A stretch of 64,000 nucleotides of DNA from Myxococcota bacterium (GTDB lineage: Bacteria; Myxococcota_A; UBA9160; UBA6930). Shown here in pieces: positions 26,145-35,375 of the stretch (position 1 is the first letter of the stretch; every line of letters begins with the position of its first letter). The stretch spans positions 1,472,001 to 1,536,000 of the forward strand of contig OZ245015.1 of NCBI GenBank assembly GCA_965223705.1, in the 5' to 3' direction. Made by a program: the position numbers and the translations under genes. The notes under the pieces were generated by a model, which was given only the letters and a program-made list of their open reading frames with translations, made no database searches and was not told the DNA's origin.

Positions 26145-26881
26145 GCGTACGAACTCTCTTCGCAACCGAAGCGACCTGCGCGACCACCGAGGCGCAGCTC
26201 GACGCTTACGTGCTCGACGAGCTCCTGCCCCGCCGGGCGGAGCGGATCACGCGGCATCTCGAGCGATGCGCCGACTGCCGCGCGGCGGTTCGCGATCAAC
26301 GCGAGCTCTTCGCGTTGATCCCTCAAGCCCTCGAGCCCGTGAATCCGCCGCCCGAGGTCCTCGAAGGGCTCCTGCGACGCGTCCGAAAGCCCGAACGACG
26401 CTCGTGGACCTTGGGAGCCGGCATGGCGGCTTCGGCGGCCGCAGCAGCTCTCCTGGTTCTCGTGATGCAGCCGCTGGCGGCGAGCTCGCTCGTACAAGCG
26501 CTGCGTTCTCCCGACATTGCCGTGATCAACTTGTTCGCCGCTCTCGATGCGCCCTTGTCCTCGCGATACGAATACCGGACGGCGTCTCACGTGCAGTTCG
26601 ATCGCAGCGTCGGACGCATACTCTTCAACACGCGGTCGGGTCAATGGGAGCTGGCCGTACACGGTCTCCCGCGTCCCCCCCGTGGTTCGCGCTACGTCCT
26701 GTCGACCTGGGAAGGGACGACGGAAAAGGAGCTCGGAACGATCGAGCGCTGGGAAGACGGCGTCGCGACGCTCAAGGGCGCTTCGGGGCGCGATCTGACG
26801 CAGATGGATCGTCTCTCACTGCAACTCGTTTCCGCGAGTTCCAAGCTACGATTGCTCGATGCCGTTCCGGGAGCTTGGTAA
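26141..26881 (+). CDS. Zinc-binding anti-sigma factor (ZAS/RskA-like)
   Basis: HLERCADC (HxxxCxxC), one TM segment, C-terminal GLPRPP..Y motif; ATGA overlap with the sigma gene. Confidence 0.85.
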   Translation: MSVRTLFATEATCATTEAQLDAYVLDELLPRRAERITRHLERCADCRAAVRDQRELFALIPQALEPVNPPPEVLEGLLRRVRKPERRSWTLGAGMAASAAAAALLVLVMQPLAASSLVQALRSPDIAVINLFAALDAPLSSRYEYRTASHVQFDRSVGRILFNTRSGQWELAVHGLPRPPRGSRYVLSTWEGTTEKELGTIERWEDGVATLKGASGRDLTQMDRLSLQLVSASSKLRLLDAVPGAW

Positions 26882-27716
26882 GGGCACGCATCGGTTAAGC
26901 GCCCCGCTCGCAGCGCTTGCCGCGGCTTGCGCGCTCGCGTTCGCGCCCTCGTGTTCGGGCGGGAAGAACCGCCTCTACCCGCGACCCGCACCCATGGAAG
27001 TTCACGCGGACAGCGACTTGTCGTCGGGGCAGCAGACCCGGCTCGGTGACATCCGCCGGTTCTTGGCGCCCGCGGATCAAGCCCAACTCGAGCGCACACT
27101 CGCGCAGCTCGCCGAAGATCCGAATCTCGACAAGAAGGTCGGCGAGGAAGCGCTGCAGCGAGCCCTATCGGGTTTCTCTGGCGCCGAGGGCTTCTGTCAG
27201 CGGGTTCGCGACGAGCTGCGACCGCATCGGTTGTCGGGGCCCATCGCCGCGGCGCCCGAGCGGGTGGCGTTCGCCGTGTCGATCCGCGAAGCCCACGAGC
27301 GCTGGCTCAGCGCAACGGGTCGGGGCCGGTTTCCAGACCCCAAGGCCCTCGCGCGAGCCGTCCGAGATGGTCAACACACGTCGGAAGACTTCGCGCCGGG
27401 CGCTTCGCTCGGACTCCCGGGAGAGCCTCTTTTTGTCACCGACGCGTTGGCCTTCGCCGAGCGAAAAGGACCGAGTGCGGCGACGCGGCTGTGCCTGACC
27501 GGTCCGGCTTCGCCGAGCTACGTCGTGGCGTTGATTCGCACGGCGGATCTTCCCGGTGACCTCCACGTGCCGACCGCTGCCGATGGTGCGTGTCGAAAGC
27601 GGTTCGAACTCCCCGAGGCGGGCGCGGCCACGGGGAAGAACTGCGGCGGCCAACCGGAATTCGTGAGTGCCCCCGCGACGGTGGGCCAGGTCGCCGAGTT
27701 TCGGCTCTTTCGGTAA
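26859..27716 (+). CDS. Hypothetical exported protein or lipoprotein (start uncertain)
   Basis: Hydrophobic N-terminus with Cys (LAALAAACALAFAPSC); fills the gap in a same-strand run. Confidence 0.6.
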   Translation: MPFRELGKGTHRLSAPLAALAAACALAFAPSCSGGKNRLYPRPAPMEVHADSDLSSGQQTRLGDIRRFLAPADQAQLERTLAQLAEDPNLDKKVGEEALQRALSGFSGAEGFCQRVRDELRPHRLSGPIAAAPERVAFAVSIREAHERWLSATGRGRFPDPKALARAVRDGQHTSEDFAPGASLGLPGEPLFVTDALAFAERKGPSAATRLCLTGPASPSYVVALIRTADLPGDLHVPTAADGACRKRFELPEAGAATGKNCGGQPEFVSAPATVGQVAEFRLFR

Positions 27717-27742
27717 CGGCATCCCGCTAGCGGTATCATGGG

Positions 27743-28867
27743 TTGGTGATTTCGTTCCCCTACCGTTTCGACCGCGGCGTATGGCTGCTGATTTCCCTGG
27801 GGGTCCACGCGCTGATCTTCTCGGGCTGGTTGGTCTGGCTGGGCCAGCGAGAGGTGGAGCGGGAACCGATCGAGATCTCCCTCCTTCGAGAGGCTGAGGC
27901 GGAGCCCGACGAGCTACCTCCGCCGGGGCCAAAGCTGCAGTTTCGCGATCCGACGCACCCCAAGGTGCGTGAGAGCGTCGAAATTCCGAAAGAGATTCTC
28001 GCCCTCACGCCGCCGCCGATCGACGCCGTCCTGACGCCCAGCGCGATGGGAGGCGGCATGGGTCTCGAAGCGACCCGCGCGCGCAGTCTCTCGGCGTTCG
28101 CCGTGGGCGGATCGGGCGGCGGCTACGCAGGGCAGGGCTTCGGGCGAGGCAACGCGGCAGGCGGGGCGGGGAGCTTCCAGGACTACGTCGGCGGCTTGCG
28201 GCAGGGAGGGCTCGACGTCGTCTTCGTGATCGACGCCACCGGATCGATGGGTTGGCTGATCGACGAAGTGAAGACCCGCGTGCGTCACCTGTCCAACTGG
28301 ATCCGCAGCTTGGTCCCGACGACACGCTTCGGCGTCGTCGCTTACCGCGACCACGACGATCCCGAGTTCGTGACCCAGGTCCGGAAGCTCACGTTGAGCG
28401 TTCGCAAGGTCAAACGCTTTCTCGAAGATCTCGAGACGCGGGGCGGCGGTGACCTACCCGAAGCGGTGGGTGCAGGCCTTGAGCGCGCGATCGCCGACGC
28501 GGGTTGGAAGGCGACGAGCAAGCAAGTGATCATCGTGATCGGGGATGCGCCGCCCCACCCGGAGCGAATGGCGGCGAACGTCGCGGCGGTGGCGGCGTGG
28601 AGAGCGCGGGGCGGAACGGTCACGACACTCGACGTGAGCTTCGACGCCAACCCGGAGCTTGCGGCGCGACAACTCAAGCGCCGCGTCGAAGATCTCCAGA
28701 CCATCCGTCCACGTGGGCCCCGAGACGAGTTCGTCGCCCTGGCCCGCGCCGGGGGAGGTGACGCCTCCACACTGAAGGGCGATCTCCAAGTCGTGCGCCA
28801 GCTCGCGGTGCTGATTTTCGGCGAAGAATGGTCGGACGACGTTCGGCCGTTGCTCGGCGAGCTCTAG
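27743..28867 (+). CDS. Membrane-anchored VWA domain protein
   Basis: N-terminal TM with LGVHALI, Pro/Gly linker, DVVFVIDATGSM MIDAS motif, GGGDLPEA, IGDAPPH. Confidence 0.88.
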   Translation: MVISFPYRFDRGVWLLISLGVHALIFSGWLVWLGQREVEREPIEISLLREAEAEPDELPPPGPKLQFRDPTHPKVRESVEIPKEILALTPPPIDAVLTPSAMGGGMGLEATRARSLSAFAVGGSGGGYAGQGFGRGNAAGGAGSFQDYVGGLRQGGLDVVFVIDATGSMGWLIDEVKTRVRHLSNWIRSLVPTTRFGVVAYRDHDDPEFVTQVRKLTLSVRKVKRFLEDLETRGGGDLPEAVGAGLERAIADAGWKATSKQVIIVIGDAPPHPERMAANVAAVAAWRARGGTVTTLDVSFDANPELAARQLKRRVEDLQTIRPRGPRDEFVALARAGGGDASTLKGDLQVVRQLAVLIFGEEWSDDVRPLLGEL

Positions 28868-28884
28868 CCGCGCGCGTGTAGCCC

Positions 28885-29000
28885 GGGGCCGGAGGGGAGC
28901 GGGTGTCGTGCTCAGAGTTCCGGCGCTCGGGCCTCTCTGCCTAGCGCGGTCAACCAGCGCGCCTCCACATTCCGCGCGCCACCCGCTCCCCTCCGGCCCC
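28885..29000. repeat. Perfect 21-bp inverted repeat with 74-nt spacer between convergent genes
   Basis: GGGGCCGGAGGGGAGCGGGTG (28885-28905) is the exact reverse complement of CACCCGCTCCCCTCCGGCCCC (28980-29000). Confidence 0.85.
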
Positions 29001-29071
29001 TCGCGCCGTGGGAGCTACGCGAATTCGCATCGAAACGCACGGTGCCCCACCCGCAACGACCCGGCCTCGAT

Positions 29072-29767
29072 CTAGTTCGGGAAGTTGTACTCGAGAAGAA
29101 GCTGCTCCATGTGGTTCTTCTCGCTCTTCTCCATGTCGTCCGTTTCGCTCTTGATGAGCCCGACGCCGCGCGCGTAGTAGTCGCGATAGGCGACCTGGGG
29201 CTCCGGCGTCGATTCGGACTCATCGATGTAGACGGTTTCGACGAGCAACACGTCTCGAAAAGTTCCCGCCGGAACGGTCACTTCGTCGACGTGAGAAACT
29301 TTTCCGTCCCAGCCGAGCTTACCGCCGCCGCCTTCGGGAGTTCCGAACATGCGCGTCGATTGTTGCCAGGACTGGCCGTCTTCGGGCTCGGTGGGTAGCA
29401 AGCGCACGGGGAAATCTTCGCCGAGAAGAACCAAGTCGCCCTTGTCGTTGTAGTCGATACCGACGAGCCGGAGGTGGAACTCGTCATCTTGGAGGTACGC
29501 GACCGGCGCGGTGCGCACGAAGCCCATGGCGGCTCCCAGATTCCGCTCTTCGATGATGAAAGCCGGCCCGAAACGGGGGAGTTCGCGATCGCCGATGGCC
29601 TTCATCTCGACTTCGAGCTCACCGACGGGTGACTGAAGTTGATACTTCCAACGGGTCCCTTCGACCAGCGGAAAGTAATCCTCGCCCGCTTCGCCCGTCG
29701 CGGGCTGACGGTCGGGCGCGCAGGCGAGAAGCGCCGCGCAAACCAGGGCCGCGGCGAGGCGCTTCAC
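29072..29767 (-). CDS. Hypothetical lipoprotein (beta-rich, YFPL..G..W.Y / VTVPAGTF / YYARGVG type)
   Basis: GTG at 29767 overlaps the MMPL stop; lipobox LLAC; motifs as named. Confidence 0.8.
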   Translation of the reverse strand: MKRLAAALVCAALLACAPDRQPATGEAGEDYFPLVEGTRWKYQLQSPVGELEVEMKAIGDRELPRFGPAFIIEERNLGAAMGFVRTAPVAYLQDDEFHLRLVGIDYNDKGDLVLLGEDFPVRLLPTEPEDGQSWQQSTRMFGTPEGGGGKLGWDGKVSHVDEVTVPAGTFRDVLLVETVYIDESESTPEPQVAYRDYYARGVGLIKSETDDMEKSEKNHMEQLLLEYNFPN

Positions 29768-32700
29768 TAAGCGCCGTCCCCGCCCGCTTTTTTCTCGCCC
29801 ACGGTCGCGGCGAACTTCGGCTGGAAGACCGTGGTAAACGCCGGGACGAGCAGGATGGCTCCGAACATGTTCGCGATGAGAAGGATCGACAGAAGAAGAC
29901 TCATGTCGCCGGCAAAGCGCAGACTGCTGATGATCTTCCAAAAGATGATCCCTCCGACGAGCGTTGAGCCTGTAAAGAATACGGCCATGCCCGTCGTTCG
30001 GATTGCTATCCGTAACGATTCCTCGAGGTTATGTCCCCGTTTTCTCTCGTTGACGACCCGGTCCATGATGTAGAGGGCATAGTCAACCCCCACGCCGACC
30101 CCGAGGGCCTGCACGGGCAGGGTGTTCACGTCGAAGCCGATGTTCGTCAACCACATGTACCCGAGGGAGATGAGCGCCGCCGTGCCAAGCGATGTGACGA
30201 GCAGAATCCCGATCGCAAAGGAGCGGTAGGACAGCAGAATCACGACAAAGACCGTGGTGAACGACGCGATGAGCGTGGCGTTGTTGCTGCCTTCGACTTC
30301 TTCGTTACTCGCGCCAAGCACGCCCATAAGGCCGGATGCCAGTGCGTAGCTCGTGCCTTCGGCCCACTGTCCAGACTCGCGTCGGACCCAGTCTCGTCCC
30401 TGGTACTGGACCCACAGTTCGTCGGCTTCGTAGAGCCCGCGTTTGCGCATCTGCGCGTGGATGCCGAGCTCTTCGTCCTGCCATTCGGCCCGCACGACGT
30501 AGTCGCGCCGATCGAGTTCCGCCGCCTGCTGTAGGGCGTAAGCCGTTACGAGGTCGAATCCGGGAACTTCGGCCAAGCGCTCGAGATTCGCGTCCGCGAG
30601 CTTCTGAACGGTGTCGTAGCCATTCTCCGTCAGTGCGTTGACGAGTTCCTTGGTCGTCCGCGGCAACGTGAGAATCCAATCGGTGGAGTCTTCCGGCGGC
30701 GGTTCGCGGCGATTCGGTTCGGTGACGCTCGCGGTCTCGTAAAAACCGTCGTCGTTACGGAGCTGTACGACCATCTCGGGTTTTCGGGGCGGCGCCAGAG
30801 GTCCAAGCCACCACAACACGCGCGCGAGCAGGTCGTCGTCCGGCGTTTCGAGATGAATCCGAACGCGGCCGGTCGGACGTTGCTCGATGTAGTGCTCGGC
30901 GCGCTCCACCGCGTGGCGGATCGTGTCACCTTGGTGGTCCGCATAGAAGATCCGCACGGCGGCGTTTTGGGCTTCTTGGTCCCGGTAGGGATCGAGGAGT
31001 CGCGGATCCGGAGAGCCCGCTTCGTACAGGTAGAGCAGGCCACCGATCTCGATGTCGGTGGGCGGCGTCGCGAACCACCGCGGGTCGCCGTTGTGGAACG
31101 TGCGGTTGATCTGCTTCAAGAAGTCGACGATCGAAAGCGAACCACCGACTTTGGCGTCCTGCTCCATGTAGCGCTGGAAGCCCTCGATCTCGTTCATCAC
31201 TTCCGGCCGGTGAATACCACCGGGCTGCTCCGTTTCCACGATGACCATCAGGTCGTCCGCCCCGAAGAACTTCGTACTGATGAGCTGCGCGGACTGATTG
31301 AACTCGGAATCTTCGTAGAGGATCGGCGTGCCCGGACGCGATTCGCCGACCTTCACGTCGAGCGCGACACTCGCGCACAACACGACGACCACGGCCCAGA
31401 TCGCCAAGATGACTTTGGACGACCGCTTGCCGGTGGCGAGGTTCGCGATGCCGTCGAGGAACTTGAGCACCGGTGCCGGCGTGTAGTGATCGAAGCTCTT
31501 CGGCGCCGGGAAGTAGGCGATCATCAACCGGTTGAGGAGCATTTCCGTCACGGCGATCGAGAGCGCCCAGAACGCACCGAAGAGGGCGACTTTCTTCATC
31601 AACGCAATCGATGAAACGCCGATCACGAAAATGCCGAAGGCGTCGGTGATAATCGCCAGGGTTCCGGGCAACAACAGCTCGGCCATCGAACTGATGACGG
31701 CCTCGTGTTTGTCGCGAAGCCGCTGGTACTCCTCGTAGAAACGTTCCACGAACTGCACCGAGTGACTGACCGCGCGGGCGGTGATCAGCATGGGGATCAC
31801 CAGCACGAGCGGTTCTAACTGGTACCCCATGATGGAGATGAACCCGAGCCCCCAGATCGCCGACACGACGGCGCCGGAGAAGGGCATCACGATGCCGTAC
31901 CAATGCCGGAAGTAGATTCCGAGGAGCACCACCAGGATGAGCAGGCTCAGGCCCAGAATGAGGATGATCTCGGTGGCGTAGAAGAAGGTCCAGCCGAGAA
32001 GCACCGGCTGCCCGGTGAGGTGGATTTCGACGCTGCCGTCGGCTTCGAGCGCGGACTGAATCTCGCGGATACGCGTGAAGACCGCTTCGTAATCGAGACG
32101 TCCTTCGAGGAAGCCCGCGACCACAAGTGCGGCGTTGTCATCGAGCGACACCAGACGACCGAAGACCTGCTTGTTTTGATGGATCCGGTCCGGCAGGGTG
32201 TCGACGGTTTCTTGGGGGAGAAGGTTCCCGTCCGGCCCTTCGATTTCGTCACCGTTCAACTTGTAGTCGTCCGGAAGATCCCGCATGCGGAGGCTCAAGA
32301 ACTCGAGCTCCGCCGCTTCCTCGCGCTTGGCCTTGATGACCTTGGCCGCTTTCTGGTCCTCCATGAGCTCGAGGCGCACGGCCGCCGACGGCGCCAGCTC
32401 CTCGCCGAGGGCGCGCTTGTCGCGGTCCACCATCTCGTCGAGTTCTTTCAAGGTGGTTGGGACGTCTTCCCCGCGTTCTTTTTTGCGTTCGATGTAGCGC
32501 CGCGTAAAGAACTGCGCCTCGAGGAAGGAGATCGCTTGTTCGCCGATGATCTGGGCGGACTGCAGGATCCCCTCTTTGTCGATGTACTGGTCGCGGATCC
32601 GGATGCTCGTGATCGACGACACCTGGTCGTGGTTGACGCCTTCGACTTTGTCGATCTGGTCGGTAAACCCGAAGATTTTTTCGAGGACCTGCTCGTCGTA

Positions 32701-32943
32701 GATCGTGCCCTTCTTCGAGATGATGGCGGCGGTGACGATGTTCGCGCTTCCGAACTGCCGGTTGTACTTCTCGTAGACCTGGATGTGGGGGTGGTTGCGC
32801 GGCAACAGGTCGATGAATTGGCTGAAGACTTGGAGCTGCAGCGCCTTGTAACCGAAGAACGCGGTCGCGGCGCCGATCAGGAGCAGGTTGATCAGGCGGT
32901 GCTTGATAAAGAACCGCGAGAAGCGGAGCATCAGTTCGTCCAT
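29767..32943 (-). CDS. MMPL/RND-superfamily transporter with extra inserted domains
   Basis: Two repeats of TM + large loop + 5 TM; ARAVSHSVQF and GVGVDYALYI motifs; start MDELMLRF. Confidence 0.9.
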   Translation of the reverse strand: MDELMLRFSRFFIKHRLINLLLIGAATAFFGYKALQLQVFSQFIDLLPRNHPHIQVYEKYNRQFGSANIVTAAIISKKGTIYDEQVLEKIFGFTDQIDKVEGVNHDQVSSITSIRIRDQYIDKEGILQSAQIIGEQAISFLEAQFFTRRYIERKKERGEDVPTTLKELDEMVDRDKRALGEELAPSAAVRLELMEDQKAAKVIKAKREEAAELEFLSLRMRDLPDDYKLNGDEIEGPDGNLLPQETVDTLPDRIHQNKQVFGRLVSLDDNAALVVAGFLEGRLDYEAVFTRIREIQSALEADGSVEIHLTGQPVLLGWTFFYATEIILILGLSLLILVVLLGIYFRHWYGIVMPFSGAVVSAIWGLGFISIMGYQLEPLVLVIPMLITARAVSHSVQFVERFYEEYQRLRDKHEAVISSMAELLLPGTLAIITDAFGIFVIGVSSIALMKKVALFGAFWALSIAVTEMLLNRLMIAYFPAPKSFDHYTPAPVLKFLDGIANLATGKRSSKVILAIWAVVVVLCASVALDVKVGESRPGTPILYEDSEFNQSAQLISTKFFGADDLMVIVETEQPGGIHRPEVMNEIEGFQRYMEQDAKVGGSLSIVDFLKQINRTFHNGDPRWFATPPTDIEIGGLLYLYEAGSPDPRLLDPYRDQEAQNAAVRIFYADHQGDTIRHAVERAEHYIEQRPTGRVRIHLETPDDDLLARVLWWLGPLAPPRKPEMVVQLRNDDGFYETASVTEPNRREPPPEDSTDWILTLPRTTKELVNALTENGYDTVQKLADANLERLAEVPGFDLVTAYALQQAAELDRRDYVVRAEWQDEELGIHAQMRKRGLYEADELWVQYQGRDWVRRESGQWAEGTSYALASGLMGVLGASNEEVEGSNNATLIASFTTVFVVILLSYRSFAIGILLVTSLGTAALISLGYMWLTNIGFDVNTLPVQALGVGVGVDYALYIMDRVVNERKRGHNLEESLRIAIRTTGMAVFFTGSTLVGGIIFWKIISSLRFAGDMSLLLSILLIANMFGAILLVPAFTTVFQPKFAATVGEKKAGGDGA

Positions 32944-32959
32944 GGGTCTTCCTTCGGGG

Positions 32960-34096
32960 CTATTTCGCCGGCGGTTTTTCTTGCGTGCCCTTCTCGAGGA
33001 GGAAGGGTACGGGCACTCGTTCGCGAGCGGGTTTGGGCGATTCGACAACGGCGCGTTCGAAACTCGCTCCGCCGTCGTTCGAGACGAGAATCACTGCATT
33101 TTCGCCCACGACTAAAACGACTCCGTTCGGCCCGTAATCCGCGCCCTGAAGCCAGTTGAAAAGATGCGGTCGCTTGGGTTCCGTCCACGTTTCACCCGCA
33201 TCGGAGCTGGTGAAGATGACGCCGCGGTCTCCGACGACGATCACTTTCTCGCCCGCAGCGGCGATGTCGTACAGACCCGCACCCGTCGGAACCCGGAGCG
33301 TCGTCCAAGTGACGCCCCCGTCTTGCGTCCGAATGGCGACGCCGCCGACGCCGCATGCATAGCTCAGCAGCTCGCCGGTGTTCGCCATTCCGATGAGGTA
33401 GATATCCTCGACCGCGCCATCGAGCTGCCGCTCTCCTTGCCAGGTCATGCCGGCATCCCGACTTCGGAGCAGGGTCCCGAACTCGCCCGTGATCCAACCG
33501 CTCTCGGGGGTCGAGAACTCGATGGCGTTGAAAATCCGGTCGGGGAGCTCCGTGTCGTTGAAATTCTCTTCCGGCACCCGCTCGCGCTTCCACGTCGCGC
33601 CGCCGTCCGAGGTGTGGATGATCACGCCGAGGTCTCCGACGGCCCACGCGGTGTCGGGCGATAAGGCGACGACCCCGAACAGGGTTTCCTCGATAGCGAT
33701 TCGCCCCTCGAATTCGTCGTCCACCTCGGCGACTTGCAGGCTCCAGGACTCTCCGCCGTCGGTCGTCCGGAGGATCACGCCTTGCGCGCCCACTGCCCAG
33801 CCGTGCTTTTCGCCGTGAAAGTCGACGGCGTGCAGATTGCGCTGGGTGGGTGTCGGAGCCACGCGCCAGGTCTGGCCCTGATCGGTGGAACGCAGGATGA
33901 CGCCCCAGTAACCCACCGCGAACGCCATATTTCCTTCGATGTCGACATCGTAGAGATCGGCGAGCGGTACTTCCCAGGACCGGGAGTTGGCCGGATCGAA
34001 GGGCGCGCCCTCGTCGTTGGCTGCGGCGGGGGTGGCGGAGATCAACCACACCAACATCCACCGCATCGCGCGCCGGAAACTCGTACTTTCCTTCAT
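32960..34096 (-). CDS. YCF48/BNR-repeat beta-propeller protein
   Basis: Repeated AVG..G.IL.T.DGG.TW units; signal peptide. Confidence 0.9.
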   Translation of the reverse strand: MKESTSFRRAMRWMLVWLISATPAAANDEGAPFDPANSRSWEVPLADLYDVDIEGNMAFAVGYWGVILRSTDQGQTWRVAPTPTQRNLHAVDFHGEKHGWAVGAQGVILRTTDGGESWSLQVAEVDDEFEGRIAIEETLFGVVALSPDTAWAVGDLGVIIHTSDGGATWKRERVPEENFNDTELPDRIFNAIEFSTPESGWITGEFGTLLRSRDAGMTWQGERQLDGAVEDIYLIGMANTGELLSYACGVGGVAIRTQDGGVTWTTLRVPTGAGLYDIAAAGEKVIVVGDRGVIFTSSDAGETWTEPKRPHLFNWLQGADYGPNGVVLVVGENAVILVSNDGGASFERAVVESPKPARERVPVPFLLEKGTQEKPPAK

Positions 34097-34195
34097 ACCA
34101 ATCGCTGCCCGTTCGTTCGTAGGGTTGGTCCGGGATTCGCCCGGGGTCGTATCATCGTTTCGGAGGCGGTCCCCCGTCAATCGCATTCCTCGATT

Positions 34196-35275
34196 TCAGC
34201 GCACCTCAAAGCGCTCGGAGCCGTCTTCCCACTTGATCGGTACGTCTCCTGGGTCGCGCTGTTCCAAAAACATTCGCGTCCGGTACCGGAGACGGTGGAT
34301 CGTGACGGGATTCGGCTCCTGACCCTGCTGGTAGCTTGCCCGGATCACGTCCTCGAGGACGACACGGCGCACCCGCGACGTGGCCAATTCGATCCAGGCC
34401 TCTCCGTCGAGGCTCGCCACCACGCGATCAAAATCGAACCCTGCCGAGCTCGGAACGCCTTCGGCGTTCTGCTCGGCCTTGAGGAGCAACCAGGCGCAGG
34501 GAACCCCCTCGATCTCCGAGTAGCCGGCGAGGCTGTACTCGATATCGATGCCGAGGCCCAGCCCGCCCGCGAGGTTGGGGGGAAAGTGCGTGGTCGTCCA
34601 CGTATCGCCCGGCTCGACGGGCCCCTTCGGCAAGGGAACTCCGGCGTAGAGTACGCCCTGCCGGATCGGCATTTCCCGCAGGAAGCGGCGGATCGAGCGC
34701 AGACCCTGAGCCTGGTACTGCTTGATCTCACCGCGATCGTCGAGACTGATGAGCGCGAAGGGACGGTAGAGCAACTTTCTTGGCGTGATGGCCTGCTTGG
34801 GCGCGCTGCCTTCGATGTCCGCGACCTGCTCCTCGTTTTGAAACAGTCGCAGACGGTCTGAGCCCGCTTCGACTTCCCGACTTCGATCGGGATTCTGTTC
34901 AACGCGCTTGTAGTGAAGCGCGTCGAGGACCAACCGCTGGCCTTTCATATTCTCGGTATTGAGAGCGATCGCGCGATATTCGAGCTCGAGCAGGTGGGAA
35001 TCCCGCGAGGGGTCCTTACGGCGCTCGTCGTCGGACTTGAAGACATCGCGCTCGCCGCTCGTTTCGAGCACCAGCCGATACGCGACCTCGCCGGTGTCGA
35101 GATTGCGGGAGGGGAGGGCGAGCGGCCCGCGCGCTTCCGGCACGGCCTCCGTTACCGGCCGGTCACGCTCGATCGGGGACGACTCGAGGATGCTCGGCCC
35201 GCGCGGTTCGTTGGATTTGCAGGCGGAGAGACACGCGACGAGCAGAGAGCAGCAGATGAAGGCGCGGGGGATGAT
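34196..35275 (-). CDS. Hypothetical lipoprotein; probable non-canonical ATC start (first canonical start 35143)
   Basis: Frame is open 44 codons upstream of 35143 and encodes IIPRAFICCSLLVACLSAC (lipobox LSAC), 7 nt after GAGGAG. Confidence 0.7.
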   Translation of the reverse strand: MIPRAFICCSLLVACLSACKSNEPRGPSILESSPIERDRPVTEAVPEARGPLALPSRNLDTGEVAYRLVLETSGERDVFKSDDERRKDPSRDSHLLELEYRAIALNTENMKGQRLVLDALHYKRVEQNPDRSREVEAGSDRLRLFQNEEQVADIEGSAPKQAITPRKLLYRPFALISLDDRGEIKQYQAQGLRSIRRFLREMPIRQGVLYAGVPLPKGPVEPGDTWTTTHFPPNLAGGLGLGIDIEYSLAGYSEIEGVPCAWLLLKAEQNAEGVPSSAGFDFDRVVASLDGEAWIELATSRVRRVVLEDVIRASYQQGQEPNPVTIHRLRYRTRMFLEQRDPGDVPIKWEDGSERFEVR

Positions 35276-35375
35276 TGCCGGTCTCCTCGGGGCTCACCGG
35301 CCCCGGTCGCTAGATACAGTGCGGGGCGCGGAGCATCGCTCCGCGCCCCGTGTTCTTGGCGCGAGTTGGCTCAGC

